From: an uncultured Verrucomicrobiales bacterium
GTDB lineage: Bacteria > Verrucomicrobiota > Verrucomicrobiia > Verrucomicrobiales > Akkermansiaceae
Direction of reading: 5' to 3'
Length of the DNA stretch: 64,000 nt
Assembly: GCA_937969495.1 (NCBI GenBank)
Contig: CALBVY010000039.1
Span: 9,374 to 73,373 of the forward strand
Positions 20,729 to 31,149 of the stretch are shown here, in pieces (the first letter of the stretch is position 1; each line of letters opens with the position of its first letter). The position numbers and the translations under genes were made by a program. Below the pieces are notes generated by a model. That model made no database searches and was not told the DNA's origin. It was given only the letters and a program-made list of their open reading frames with translations.

Positions 20729-21880
20729 TTACGCGCTAGCAGCGTGAAGAATCTGATGACGATAGCGCACCTGGCGGATATCCACGATCAAAGTCTGAGG
20801 GTGTTTGGTAAGTAGGTGCGCCCAAGATTCTGGCGCCATATCAGAAATAATCATCAGAGTATGGTCAGAGGAAACACCGCGAAGACAGGCCTCCAGATCA
20901 TGTGCCTCTGTACCGCGAGCGCGTGAGATGCTAGAGAGATTATATAAACAATCAGCAAGCTGGGCGTGAGTGGTACAAGATACTGGCGCCCAGTGATAAA
21001 AGTCTGCTGCGAGAACGCAAGGGATACCTCCTCTCTGTAATGTTGAGAGTGCTCCGGCTAGGAGTGAGAGCGCCCGCTCAAAGCGATCCTCTCGGAGCAT
21101 CTCTCCGCCAGTGGCGTAGGAATGAAAAACAATGTGGCAGTGATCTGGGTGGAAGCCAGGGGGATCATACTCACGCACTCTGAGGGCATGACCTTGTGCT
21201 AGTGAGCGTGCAGATGCTGGCCAGTGAATATGTTTCGCAGAGTCTCCTGCTTGCCATGGGCGAATGCCTCGCGGCTCTCCAAAGGTGTGGCCGGTGGCAC
21301 TACCACTACGCGGCACAGCATCATACATAGAGCCATCACAGCTTAACTCGACGGGGGTGATGCAGCGTGGCGTGACTGTGATTTCACGGTCGACTTCCAG
21401 ATACCTATGTAGCCGAAAAAGCCTTAAGGGAAACGTGCTTGTCAGCCAGACTGAATGGATATTTGCAGCGCCCCGCTTTCTCAAGGTCACGGGCAGCTCG
21501 ATACGTGCCGCAGAGCCAGAAGCTGTCCATGGCGCTACTGCTTCTATGGCTGCACCGGCATCGTTTTTACCATCTCTACCAAGTAGCTGGAGCATGATCT
21601 TGGTGTGAAATGCGTCTAACAAAAAATGTCGGTTATGCAGCGTGATTTCAAGTGGGAATGCTATCCCTGCTTTCACCCGTGTAGGTGCGTGTAAACTAAC
21701 TTCAAGCTTCCTAAGACTAAGGACTCCTAGCGCCCACACTGAGATGAGTAGAATGATTCCGCACAAACCGAGCATCATCAAAGCGCCATCCACCACCACC
21801 ACCCCACCGATAACAAGTGCTACGGAACCACCAGCAACGGCGGCACCTCGTAAGCTAAGTGGCTGGCGCTTTTTAATCAC
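20729..21880 (-). CDS. DUF58 domain membrane protein
   Basis: GIRPWQAGDSAKHIHWPASAR...VREY motif; N-terminal TM; GTG start. Confidence 0.87.
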   Translation of the reverse strand: MIKKRQPLSLRGAAVAGGSVALVIGGVVVVDGALMMLGLCGIILLISVWALGVLSLRKLEVSLHAPTRVKAGIAFPLEITLHNRHFLLDAFHTKIMLQLLGRDGKNDAGAAIEAVAPWTASGSAARIELPVTLRKRGAANIHSVWLTSTFPLRLFRLHRYLEVDREITVTPRCITPVELSCDGSMYDAVPRSGSATGHTFGEPRGIRPWQAGDSAKHIHWPASARSLAQGHALRVREYDPPGFHPDHCHIVFHSYATGGEMLREDRFERALSLLAGALSTLQRGGIPCVLAADFYHWAPVSCTTHAQLADCLYNLSSISRARGTEAHDLEACLRGVSSDHTLMIISDMAPESWAHLLTKHPQTLIVDIRQVRYRHQILHAASA

Positions 21881-21944
21881 TGCTTGATTCTGCCAGCTTT
21901 AGTATTTGAGGAAAGAATGGAATCAAGGCATTATTTGATCATAG

Positions 21945-21976
21945 AAAAAGGCTGCATGTCCTAACATACAGCCTTT
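21945..21976 (-). terminator. Intrinsic terminator after the thioredoxin-family gene
   Basis: AAAGGCTG.ATGT-loop-ACAT.CAGCCTTT stem with a T-tract on the minus strand. Confidence 0.6.
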
Positions 21977-22009
21977 GGAAAAGGATCAATTCAGATGATA
22001 TTGACAGAA

Positions 22010-22462
22010 TTAGTCCATATCTTTTTTTTCAAGCGCGCTATCGAGGTGGGCAAGAAATTGGTCTACAGTGGGGTACTTTGATGCTGTGAAACGGGTGAAT
22101 TCTTTCCCTTTGTCATCCATAAGAATGACGGTGGGCACGCCACTTACATTATATTTGGTCATGACTTTTTCGTTTTTCTTTTTGAGTTGAGGATCCTTGT
22201 TGGGGATATCGATTACAACGAGAACATATTTCTCAGAAGCTTTTTTGACGAACTCGGGTTTTGAAAATACCTTTTTTTGCATCATGATACATGGTGGGCA
22301 CCAGTCTGATCCGGTGAACTCTACCATCACGGCTTTGTTTTCCTTTTTGGCTTTAGCCACAGCCTTTTCGATATTGGTTTCCCACCCTTTACCAGCGAGG
22401 GCAGTGCCTGTCATGATGGTGAGAGCGAAGGTGGTGGTAATTATTTTTTGAATAGCTGTCAT
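22010..22462 (-). CDS. Secreted thioredoxin family protein (Thioredoxin_7/DsbD-like)
   Basis: Signal peptide, FTGSDWCPPC active site, cis-Pro GVPT. Confidence 0.9.
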   Translation of the reverse strand: MTAIQKIITTTFALTIMTGTALAGKGWETNIEKAVAKAKKENKAVMVEFTGSDWCPPCIMMQKKVFSKPEFVKKASEKYVLVVIDIPNKDPQLKKKNEKVMTKYNVSGVPTVILMDDKGKEFTRFTASKYPTVDQFLAHLDSALEKKDMD

Positions 22463-22538
22463 AGATAAGTATGACGTCAGAAATGAGGACTTTATTCCAA
22501 AGTTCTCGAAAAAACTTCTTCAAATGTTAAATTCCGTT

Positions 22539-23129
22539 ATGCAGAAATTACTTGTTGCTACAGGAAACGCCCATAAAACTGAGGAAATTTGCGCCCTTCT
22601 TGGTGATGGCTACGAGGTGTGTGATTTAAAATCTTACCCGCATCTACCAGCGGTGGAGGAGACGGGGACGACATTTCTTGAGAATGCTACCCTAAAAGCG
22701 GTGGAGATAAGTCGCCAGGTGCCAGGCTTGGTATTATCAGATGACTCTGGGCTAGAAGTAGATGCGCTTGGCGGCGCTCCGGGTGTCTATTCTGCGCGCT
22801 ATGCTGGGGAGGACGGAGATGATCAACGGAATAATGAGAAGCTCCTCCGAGAGCTGGCACATAGCTCTGAATTAGAGCGAGGCGGACGTTTCCGCTGTGT
22901 GATGGTACTGGCAGAAAATGGTGAGCGTCTCGCGCATTTTGATGGTGCCGTAGAGGGACACATCATGAGCGGAGGTCAGGGTAATGGCGGCTTTGGGTAT
23001 GACCCCTTATTTGTACCAGTGGGATATCAGCAGTCTTTTGCTGAATTAGGTGAGGAAATTAAAAACACCCTTAGCCACCGCGCCCGTGCCATGGAAAAAG
23101 TTAGTGCGTGGCTAGCACAGCGTAGCTAG
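22539..23129 (+). CDS. rdgB: Non-canonical purine NTP pyrophosphatase (RdgB/HAM1)
   Basis: ATGNAHK, ENATLKA, SDDSGLEV, GFGYDPLF, SHRARA. Confidence 0.95.
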   Translation: MQKLLVATGNAHKTEEICALLGDGYEVCDLKSYPHLPAVEETGTTFLENATLKAVEISRQVPGLVLSDDSGLEVDALGGAPGVYSARYAGEDGDDQRNNEKLLRELAHSSELERGGRFRCVMVLAENGERLAHFDGAVEGHIMSGGQGNGGFGYDPLFVPVGYQQSFAELGEEIKNTLSHRARAMEKVSAWLAQRS

Positions 23130-23141
23130 TTAGATCTAGTT

Positions 23142-23477
23142 CTATACAGAGAGCATGAGCTTACCCTCAACTTCCTTAATGGGGAAGGTCTGCAAGGAAT
23201 AATTAGGATCGGTTAGGCAAATGCCTGTTTCCAGACTGTAATGATGTTTATGCAGAGGACAAGCCACATAGGGGATACCATTTTCATCACCTACAATACC
23301 ACGTGAGAGCACCATGCGCTGGTTGATCGGGTTATAGTTTTGCACCGCGTACCATTTACCATCTGTGGGTAAGTTAAATACGGCAATCTGAAGATCATTC
23401 ACTTTGACACAGGTGCCTAAGTTAAGTGGGAAGTCCTTGCAGTCTCCTATGCAAGTCCATGTAGATTCTGTGATCAT
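23142..23477 (-). CDS. nirD: Nitrite reductase small subunit (Rieske-like)
   Basis: QIAVF, LSRGIVGD, VACPLHK; directly follows nirB. Confidence 0.92.
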   Translation of the reverse strand: MITESTWTCIGDCKDFPLNLGTCVKVNDLQIAVFNLPTDGKWYAVQNYNPINQRMVLSRGIVGDENGIPYVACPLHKHHYSLETGICLTDPNYSLQTFPIKEVEGKLMLSV

Positions 23478-23506
23478 GGTATATTTTGTTAGAAAGAGGA
23501 AATGGG

Positions 23507-26029
23507 CTAGGTCTTTGCGAGGGCATCCTCGTCAGCTGTTTCATTAAGTTTGGCTGGGCAGATTTGGTCACGCACTTTAACAAACTCAACGGTATCATCT
23601 ACATCATCACTGTTTGCAAATGCTTTAAATCGTTTGAGTTTCTGTGGATCGTTAATGGCGTTTGCCCATTCACATTCGTAGGTGTTAATGAGGTGCTGCA
23701 TCTGTGCTTCAAGCTCTTCGGCTATTCCCAGTGAATCGTTGATGACAACGTCTTGTAAGTGCTCTAGGCCTCCTTCAAGCTTGGTCATCCACGTCGATGT
23801 GCGCTCGAGGCGATCAGCCGTCTTAATGTAATACATGAGAAACCGATCAATATACTTGATAAGCGTCTCACGATCAATGTCTGTGGCAAAGAGGTCTGCA
23901 TGGCGTGGTGTGAGGCCGCCATTACCACAAACGTAGAGATTCCAGCCTTTTTCTGTAGCGATGATACCAAAGTCCTTTGAACGGGCTTCCGCACACTCTC
24001 GGGCGCAGCCGGATACCGCGCTCTTGAGCTTATGAGGTGAGCGAATACCACGGTAACGTTTTTCAATATCGATGGCGAGGGTGGTAGAGTCCTGCACACC
24101 AAAGCGGCACCACGTGGAGCCAACGCAGGATTTCACAGTGCGTAGCGCCTTACCATAAGCATGGCCAGACTCAAAGCCAGCATCGATGAGCTCTTTCCAG
24201 ATGAGAGGGAGCTGATGCGCGCGCGCTCCTAACAAGTCAATCCGCTGTCCCCCGGTGAGCTTCATGTAGAGATTGTATTTTTTAGCCACCTCCCCGATGA
24301 CGATGAGCTTGTCCGGAGTGATTTCCCCCCCTGGGATACGTGGGATCACGGAGTAGGTGCCGTCTTGTTGAATATTAGCTAGAAATGCATCATTGGTATC
24401 TTGGAGGGGCGCGTTCTCTAAGATCGGTTTATTCCAAGTAGAGGCGAGAATGGAGCCTACGGCAGGTTTACAAATCTCACAGCCTAAGCCGGTACCGTGT
24501 TTTTTAATCAGCTCATCAAATGTCTGAATCCCTGTTGACCTAACAATTTGATAGAGATCTTGTCGTGAATGATCAAAGTGCTCACAGATGCGGTTACTTA
24601 CCACTACGCCGTTTTCCTTCATCCGTGCTTTAAAGATGTCAGTCATCAGAGGCACACAGCCACCGCAGCCTGTACCTGCTTTAGTACAGGCTTTAAGTTC
24701 TCCTATGGTGCTGCAGCCATCATCAATGGCCGAGCAAATGGTGCCTTTAGAGACGGCTTCACAGGAGCAGATCTGCGCACTGTCTGGGATGTCACCTGCG
24801 CCCATAGCAGGGGCGCCATCACTGGCTGGGAGAATCAGTTGAATAGGCTCTGGCGGGAGTACCATTTCATTTTGATACATCTGTAAGAGGCCCCCATAGG
24901 CAGAGGCATCACCCACGAGGATACCGCCGAGGAGTTTTTTACCATCTTCTGAGATGACGATTTTTTTAAAGAGTTTAGCGTGTGGATCATTAATAACGAT
25001 CTCACGGGCATTAGATCCCTCAGGTGCTTCAATAGCTCCAAAGCTTGCTACATCAGTGCCGATGAGTTTGAGCTTGGTAGACATGTCAGACCCTTCAAAA
25101 CTGGCCTCTTTTCCTAACAAAAGATCAGAAACAGTATCTGCCATCTGATAACCAGGGGCAACAAGTCCATAGATCATACCGTTGTAGAGCGCGCACTCAC
25201 CAATGGCAAAAATATCGGGGTCACTGGTGAGCATGTAGCTGTCTACATCAATGCCGCCACGTTCGCCGATATTGAGGCCAGCTTCTTTTGCCAGCTCGTC
25301 ACGAGGGCGGATACCCGCGGAGACGATGATCATATCCACCTCTAACTGAGTGTCATCTGAAAATTCCATGGCGGTTACAGCACCTTCTCCAGCGATATTT
25401 TTAGTGGCTTTATTAAGGTGCACACTAATATCACGCTCTTCGATGATGTCTTTAAGGAGGAGTCCAGCAGCTGTATCAAGCTGCCGCGGCATCAGTCTGG
25501 GGGCAAATTCAACAACGTGAGTTTTCATCCCAAGATCTTGTGCTGCTTTTGCCGCCTCAAGTCCTAATAGACCACCTCCGATAATGGCACAGGTTTTACT
25601 TTTCTGAGCATAAGCTTTAATGTCATCAAGATCTTCAATTGTGCGGTAAACAAACACACCCTCTTTTTCTATCCCTGGAACTGGAGGGACAAAAGCGGAT
25701 GAGCCAGTAGCCATCACCAGTTTATCGTAAGGCACTTTTTTACCAGATGCCGTAGTGACCGTTTTATTCTCGCGGTCAATGCTGATGGCTTTTTCATTAA
25801 TGTGGAGCTCCACGCCATTTTCTTCATACCACTCGAACTTAGCCATGGCCAGATCCTCAGCGGCTTTACCAGAAAAATATTCTGATAGATGAACGCGATC
25901 GTATGCTGGCCGAGGTTCTTCGCAGAATGTGATAATCTGGTAGCGTTGATCAGTGTCTTTGGCCACTAGGCGCTCACAGAACTTGTAGCCGACCATGCCG
26001 TTGCCGATGACGATAACTCTTTGTTTCAT
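23507..26029 (-). CDS. nirB: NADH-dependent siroheme nitrite reductase large subunit
   Basis: FAD motif GNGMVG, GGGLLGLEAA, two BFD-like Fe-S regions (CSC...CGGC, CEH...CEIC), VKSCVGSTWC and SGCARECA siroheme/4Fe-4S ligands. Confidence 0.97.
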   Translation of the reverse strand: MKQRVIVIGNGMVGYKFCERLVAKDTDQRYQIITFCEEPRPAYDRVHLSEYFSGKAAEDLAMAKFEWYEENGVELHINEKAISIDRENKTVTTASGKKVPYDKLVMATGSSAFVPPVPGIEKEGVFVYRTIEDLDDIKAYAQKSKTCAIIGGGLLGLEAAKAAQDLGMKTHVVEFAPRLMPRQLDTAAGLLLKDIIEERDISVHLNKATKNIAGEGAVTAMEFSDDTQLEVDMIIVSAGIRPRDELAKEAGLNIGERGGIDVDSYMLTSDPDIFAIGECALYNGMIYGLVAPGYQMADTVSDLLLGKEASFEGSDMSTKLKLIGTDVASFGAIEAPEGSNAREIVINDPHAKLFKKIVISEDGKKLLGGILVGDASAYGGLLQMYQNEMVLPPEPIQLILPASDGAPAMGAGDIPDSAQICSCEAVSKGTICSAIDDGCSTIGELKACTKAGTGCGGCVPLMTDIFKARMKENGVVVSNRICEHFDHSRQDLYQIVRSTGIQTFDELIKKHGTGLGCEICKPAVGSILASTWNKPILENAPLQDTNDAFLANIQQDGTYSVIPRIPGGEITPDKLIVIGEVAKKYNLYMKLTGGQRIDLLGARAHQLPLIWKELIDAGFESGHAYGKALRTVKSCVGSTWCRFGVQDSTTLAIDIEKRYRGIRSPHKLKSAVSGCARECAEARSKDFGIIATEKGWNLYVCGNGGLTPRHADLFATDIDRETLIKYIDRFLMYYIKTADRLERTSTWMTKLEGGLEHLQDVVINDSLGIAEELEAQMQHLINTYECEWANAINDPQKLKRFKAFANSDDVDDTVEFVKVRDQICPAKLNETADEDALAKT

Positions 26030-26064
26030 GTTTTTCTTCCTTTAAAGGATTCAAGGGAAAACTA

Positions 26065-26080
26065 AGCATGAGTTGTGCCA
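26065..26080 (-). promoter_or_regulatory. sigma54 (-24/-12) promoter of nirBD: TGGCACAACTCATGCT
   Basis: Exact GG-N10-GC spacing and TGGCAC -24 box, 35 nt upstream of the nirB ATG. Confidence 0.7.
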
Positions 26081-26094
26081 TGTGGGGCACCGAT

Positions 26095-26133
26095 CCATGA
26101 AGCTGACTCATGGTTTTGATGAGCTCAGATGAT
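26095..26133. promoter_or_regulatory. Tandem LysR-type boxes (CCATGA-N7-TCATGG at 26095-26113; ATGA-N7-TGAT at 26119-26133)
   Basis: T-N11-A dyads whose ATGA half-sites start 22 bp apart, just upstream of the nirB sigma54 promoter. Confidence 0.5.
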
Positions 26134-26154
26134 TCAGCTCAAAATACGGGCTGA

Positions 26155-27066
26155 TTAATGGCTGACTGCTGCACCAAGCTGAGTGCGGCAGATCTCGATG
26201 AAGTTTTGCTCGGGTAGAGAAAAAGACTTATTGTTATGCGAATAAATACCCCATTGGCGTCTAGGGGGTGGAGAGGAAATAGAATGCTCAACCAGTGAGC
26301 CATCGGCTATTTCCTTAGCGGCTACCCAGCGGGGAATGATACCCACGCCCATACCCAGCTTGGTCATTTCCTTAATCGCCTCCATATTTCCCAGTGTGAG
26401 TGGATGGTGATGCTGGATGACATGTTCATTAAAGTGGCGGCTGACCAGACGTTTCGTTTCACTCTTTGCACAGTAGGTAATAAGCCTGATATTAGACAGT
26501 TCCTTACGTTCCTGGGGTGCTTGTTGGGTCCATGGATGATCCTTCGGGGTGATGAAGCAGAGGCTATCTTCTGCTAGTGGAGTAAAAATATACTTCTGAT
26601 CATGGGGGGTCATCTGCAGTCCAAATGCTAGATCAAGCTGGCCAGATTTGATTTGATCTAGCACATCTGCGGTGTCCCCGATGTTAACTGAGATTTCACA
26701 CTTGGGGTGCTCCTTGTAAAAAGCCTTTAACACCTGAGGCAGAATGAGGTGACAGATGGAGTCTGGAGCGCCAATGTGAATGGCCGAGTAGCCCCACTGC
26801 TTGAGTGTATCTAGCTTTGTAAGACTGGTTTCTAACTCCTTCACCACCCGCTTAGCATGGTGGAGGAAAACTTCACCGTATGGGGTGAGAATGATGTGTT
26901 TCCCCATGCGCTCAATCAATTTACAATCAAGCTGTTTTTCCAGTGATTTGATCGAGTGACTCACTGCTGATTGTGTGATGAAGCATTGCTTCGCTGCCGC
27001 CGTAAATGAGCGCGTATCTTCAAGGGCAATAAAGATATTAAGCTGGCGGATGTCAGGTAGATTCAT
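26155..27066 (-). CDS. LysR family transcriptional regulator
   Basis: HTH SFTAAAKQCFITQSAVSHSIKSLE, LTPYG, C-terminal substrate-binding domain. Confidence 0.95.
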   Translation of the reverse strand: MNLPDIRQLNIFIALEDTRSFTAAAKQCFITQSAVSHSIKSLEKQLDCKLIERMGKHIILTPYGEVFLHHAKRVVKELETSLTKLDTLKQWGYSAIHIGAPDSICHLILPQVLKAFYKEHPKCEISVNIGDTADVLDQIKSGQLDLAFGLQMTPHDQKYIFTPLAEDSLCFITPKDHPWTQQAPQERKELSNIRLITYCAKSETKRLVSRHFNEHVIQHHHPLTLGNMEAIKEMTKLGMGVGIIPRWVAAKEIADGSLVEHSISSPPPRRQWGIYSHNNKSFSLPEQNFIEICRTQLGAAVSH

Positions 27067-27179
27067 GAATAAGAAATGGAGTAAGACCTAATGTATCATC
27101 AGCATGTATCGTACCATGTTCTCTGGATTAATAAGGTTCATGCTATTAATGAGTCTAGATGTCACCGTAGGGAAATGGT

Positions 27180-27195
27180 TGGCATACCAGATGCT
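27180..27195 (+). promoter_or_regulatory. sigma54 (-24/-12) promoter of the ferredoxin-DmsC/nitrate reductase operon: TGGCATACCAGATGCT
   Basis: Exact GG-N10-GC spacing; same ATGCT -12 variant as the nirB promoter. Confidence 0.65.
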
Positions 27196-27206
27196 ATGAT
27201 AAGGTA

Positions 27207-28898
27207 ATGTCTTTGACTGGCTCTTCTTTGCTGGAACCTGAAGGTGTGGATCAATCCTCGCCTCAGAGTTCTGTGCCTCCGTTGGAACAGGTTAATCTCA
27301 TTGATCAAATGCTCAAGGAGCAAGGGCAAATGTCTGCCGTAGAGCGCTTTAGCCAAAAGCATACATCTACGCAGGGCCATATGCAGCGAAGTTATTACGA
27401 GGATCTCATTCCTATTCGTAAACCATCAACTGGAGAACAGTATGCCTTTGAGGTAGATCTCGATAAATGCACTGGCTGCAAAGCCTGCGTCGTAGCGTGT
27501 CATAGTCTGAATGGCCTTCATGAAAATGAAAGCTGGAGAGATATTGGCTCCATTCGCGGTGTTTCCGATGGCGTGGTCGAGCAGCAGACCGTTACCTCGG
27601 CATGCCATCATTGTGCTGATCCAGCGTGTTTAAACGGCTGCCCAGTGGGCGCGTATGAAAAGGAAACAGACACCGGTATTGTCCGGCATCTCGATGATCA
27701 GTGTATCGGGTGCCAATATTGCTCATTAAAGTGTCCTTATGATGTACCAAAGTATGATAAGGCGCTAGGGATTGTTAGAAAATGTGATATGTGCCACGAG
27801 CGCCTAGCCGAGGGTGAGGCACCTGCCTGCGTGCAGGCTTGCCCTAATGGAGCGATTAAAATTACGCTGACGGATACTGCCACAGTGAATGCTGCTGCTA
27901 AGCCAGGGCGGAGTATTTTACCCGGAGCATTCCGCTCAGATTATACAAAACCCACCACAACATTCCGTAGCAGCCGTAAGCTGACAGACTCCATGAAAGC
28001 GAGCGATGAGCACGAGCTAACCCCTGCGCACGCGCATACCCCTCTGGTATGGATGCTCACTTTGACACAGGTGGCGGTGGGAATCTCCCTTGCTGATTTA
28101 CTAGTTTCTACTGTCTCAGCAGCATGGATGCAGACGCTTAAAGTGCCTCTCAGTATAGCCGCTATCGTGATAGGCAATATCGGCTTAATCGCCAGTTTCC
28201 TTCACCTAGGGAGCCCTAAGGGTGCGTGGAGAATTTTTCTAGGGCTTAAAAAATCATGGCTTAGCCGGGAGATTGTGATGTTTAGTGCCTGGATGCCTGC
28301 ACTGATGACTTACACGGCACTCACTGGGTTTCCTCAGTTATTTGAGTGGTTACCAGATGAGCTAACGGCAACAGCATTGTGGGCCACCGTGTTATTAGGC
28401 CTGTTGAGTGTCTATTGCTCGATTATGGTTTATGTAGATACTCAGAGAGCATTTTGGTCGATAAATAAGACTGCTGGGCGCTTTGTGGGCACGATGATCT
28501 TAGGTGGATTTGCAGGTCTACTACTTACAGAAATGGTGGTTTATGGTGCTGTGAGTATGGTGGCTCTTGGTGGATTTATCTTAGGGGCTCTCATTAAAGT
28601 AGTTACAGAGGTTTCTCTGCTGTTACCGGCTCGATCTGATACATGGAGTTTTGCCAAGAAAAGTGCCCTTTTGCAGCTTCGCCCATTGGGTCAGGTACTG
28701 AAGCTTCGCTGGATTTTGTTAGGAATTGCGATGATAGCTGGCATATTGGCACTCTTCATGCCCTCTGCGGGTTTTTTATTAGGAAGCATTGCATTTTTAG
28801 CACTACTGGCAGGTGAGTGGATGGAAAGAAGTTTGTTTTTTCAAGCAGTGGTGACATTAAAGATGCCGGGTGAAATAGCAGCACCCACGCACGATTAG
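27207..28898 (+). CDS. Fusion of DmsB/NrfC-type 4x[4Fe-4S] ferredoxin and DmsC/YnfH-type membrane anchor
   Basis: [37 protein letters not shown]...PACVQACP, followed by about 8 TM helices with HLGSP and SWLSREI. Confidence 0.88.
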   Translation: MSLTGSSLLEPEGVDQSSPQSSVPPLEQVNLIDQMLKEQGQMSAVERFSQKHTSTQGHMQRSYYEDLIPIRKPSTGEQYAFEVDLDKCTGCKACVVACHSLNGLHENESWRDIGSIRGVSDGVVEQQTVTSACHHCADPACLNGCPVGAYEKETDTGIVRHLDDQCIGCQYCSLKCPYDVPKYDKALGIVRKCDMCHERLAEGEAPACVQACPNGAIKITLTDTATVNAAAKPGRSILPGAFRSDYTKPTTTFRSSRKLTDSMKASDEHELTPAHAHTPLVWMLTLTQVAVGISLADLLVSTVSAAWMQTLKVPLSIAAIVIGNIGLIASFLHLGSPKGAWRIFLGLKKSWLSREIVMFSAWMPALMTYTALTGFPQLFEWLPDELTATALWATVLLGLLSVYCSIMVYVDTQRAFWSINKTAGRFVGTMILGGFAGLLLTEMVVYGAVSMVALGGFILGALIKVVTEVSLLLPARSDTWSFAKKSALLQLRPLGQVLKLRWILLGIAMIAGILALFMPSAGFLLGSIAFLALLAGEWMERSLFFQAVVTLKMPGEIAAPTHD

Positions 28899-28908
28899 GA
28901 GATCTAGA

Positions 28909-31149
28909 ATGGCAACTAAACAAGTAACTCTCAAAAAGCTTATCCCCCCTATCCGACAGTGGGAGGGACCTAAGACACAACGCCTCGTGCGAACACCTGG
29001 TGACTTTGGTCTAGGCCAAGTACCTGTCGAGATGAAGCCGGATGCTACCACCAATGTGATTTGTGGATTTTGCTCCACCGGCTGTGGCCTTAACATCCAC
29101 ATGAAAGACGGACAAGCAGTAAGCCTAACGCCTACTACAGATTACCCCGTAAACATGGGGATGGCCTGCCCGAAAGGATGGGAAGCGCTGACACCTCTCC
29201 AAGCAAATGACCGCGCTACCACACCCATGATCCGGGAGCAGCGCGGGGGCAAGCTAGTGGCTACCGATTGGCACAACGCTCTTACTGAGTTTACTACACG
29301 TTTTAAAAGAGTCCAAAAAGAGCATGGCAAGGAATCCGTGGCCTTTATCAGCACAGGACAGATCGTTACTGAGGAAATGGCCTATCTAGGTGCGCTGGCT
29401 AAGTTTGGCATGGGGATCAAACACGGCGATGGTAATACTAGGCAGTGTATGGCTACTGCGGTAGTAGCGTATAAGCAGAGCTTTGGCTTTGATGCTCCAC
29501 CCTATACGTATCAAGATTTTGAGGAATCAGATGTCATCGTGCTAGTGGGATCCAATCTTTGTATCGCACATCCTATTATGTGGCAGCGTGTGGAGAGAAA
29601 TCAAAACAACCCAGAGATTATCGTAATCGATCCACGCAAGACTGAAACCGCGGTGGCGGCTACCCAACATTACCCCATCACACCCAAAAGTGATCTCGTG
29701 TTTTTCTATGGACTAGCAAAAATTTTGTTAGAAAAAAACTATGTCGATGAGGCATTTCTCGAAGCTCACTGTGAAGGGTATCAGGAATTCTATGAGCATA
29801 TTCAAAAGTTTACCCTAGATGAGGTGGAACAGTGCAGTGGTATTACTCCTGAGCAGATGGAGTATCTCGCTGAAACGATCGGTAATGGTCAACGTGTTTC
29901 TTTCTGGTGGACGATGGGGATCAATCAAGGTCACGAGGCAGTGAGAACGGCACAAGCGATTATTAATATTGCCCTAATGACCGGCAATATAGGTAGACCT
30001 GGCACAGGGGCGAACTCGATCACTGGTCAATGTAATGCGATGGGTTCTCGTTTATTTAGTAATACCACAGGTTTGTTAGGAGGGCATGATTTTGCGAATG
30101 CGCAAGACAGGGAGAAGGTAGCTGATATCTTAGATATCGATGTATCACTTATTCCAGATGCTCCGAGTATGGCCTATGATCAAATCGTTAACGGCATCCA
30201 TGATGGAAAAATCAAAGGTCTATGGGTGATTGCCACCAATGGTGCGCATTCGTGGATTCACCAAGATCGCTACAAGGAGGCGATGGAGAAGCTCGATTAC
30301 TTAGTGGTGCAAGATATGTACACCACCACAGAAACTGTGGAATATGCAGATCTACTACTGCCGGCGGCTGGCTGGGCGGAGAAAGATGGCACATTCATTA
30401 ACTCAGAACGCAGAGTGGGCTTAGTTAAAAAAGTCGCCAAGGCTCCTGGAGATGCGCTTTCTGATTTTAATATTTTCCGTCTGATTACGGATTACTGGGG
30501 ATGTAGAGACGCATTTGCCAGTTGGACATCACCGGAAAAAGTTTTCCAACTTCTCACCAAGCTAAGTGAAGGTCAGCCGTGTGATATATCAGGGATAAAA
30601 AACTATCAGCAGATCGATGCTCAAGGTGGTATTCAGTGGCCATGTTTACCTCAAGATGTGGCAGGGCTAAATAAGGATAATCAACGACGCTTATTTGGCG
30701 ATGGCCGCTTTTATCACACCAATCAACGCGCGAAATTTATCTTTGCAGATCCACAACAAGTTGCTGAGCCAACAGATAAAGACTTCTCCATGATTCTCCT
30801 AACAGGAAGAGGAAGCTCAGCTCAGTGGCACACACAGACACGGACCAAAAAATCCGCCGTACTAAGGAAGCTCTATCCACAATCAATCTATGTGGAGATT
30901 CACCCAGATGATGCTGACGATTTAGGAATTAAGCCCAATGATCTAGTGCTGGTGAAGTCACGCCGTGCTGGTGTCACAGCCACCGCACTGGTAACACCCA
31001 CGGTACAGAGAGGTCAGCTATTTATGCCCATGCATTATGCAAAGGCAAACCAGCTGACGATGGGCTCATTTGACCCTTACTCACGACAGCCGAGTTATAA
31101 ATTCTGTGCTGTGGCGGTGATGTCTGCGGTAAATACGAGCCCCAGCTGA
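28909..31149 (+). CDS. Molybdopterin oxidoreductase, NasA/NarB-like nitrate reductase catalytic subunit
   Basis: CGFCSTGC...CPKG Fe-S motif, RQCMATA (Cys Mo ligand), [24 protein letters not shown]. No twin-arginine signal. Adjacent to nirBD. Confidence 0.85.
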   Translation: MATKQVTLKKLIPPIRQWEGPKTQRLVRTPGDFGLGQVPVEMKPDATTNVICGFCSTGCGLNIHMKDGQAVSLTPTTDYPVNMGMACPKGWEALTPLQANDRATTPMIREQRGGKLVATDWHNALTEFTTRFKRVQKEHGKESVAFISTGQIVTEEMAYLGALAKFGMGIKHGDGNTRQCMATAVVAYKQSFGFDAPPYTYQDFEESDVIVLVGSNLCIAHPIMWQRVERNQNNPEIIVIDPRKTETAVAATQHYPITPKSDLVFFYGLAKILLEKNYVDEAFLEAHCEGYQEFYEHIQKFTLDEVEQCSGITPEQMEYLAETIGNGQRVSFWWTMGINQGHEAVRTAQAIINIALMTGNIGRPGTGANSITGQCNAMGSRLFSNTTGLLGGHDFANAQDREKVADILDIDVSLIPDAPSMAYDQIVNGIHDGKIKGLWVIATNGAHSWIHQDRYKEAMEKLDYLVVQDMYTTTETVEYADLLLPAAGWAEKDGTFINSERRVGLVKKVAKAPGDALSDFNIFRLITDYWGCRDAFASWTSPEKVFQLLTKLSEGQPCDISGIKNYQQIDAQGGIQWPCLPQDVAGLNKDNQRRLFGDGRFYHTNQRAKFIFADPQQVAEPTDKDFSMILLTGRGSSAQWHTQTRTKKSAVLRKLYPQSIYVEIHPDDADDLGIKPNDLVLVKSRRAGVTATALVTPTVQRGQLFMPMHYAKANQLTMGSFDPYSRQPSYKFCAVAVMSAVNTSPS

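Noticed and set aside
28909-31149. Sec-containing formate dehydrogenase or Tat-exported Nap/DMSO reductase
   Set aside because: The Mo ligand is Cys (RQCMATA), there is no in-frame TGA, and there is no twin-arginine leader.
31095-31149. 55-nt convergent overlap as antisense regulation
   Set aside because: Short tail-to-tail overlaps are common and nothing else supports a regulatory role.
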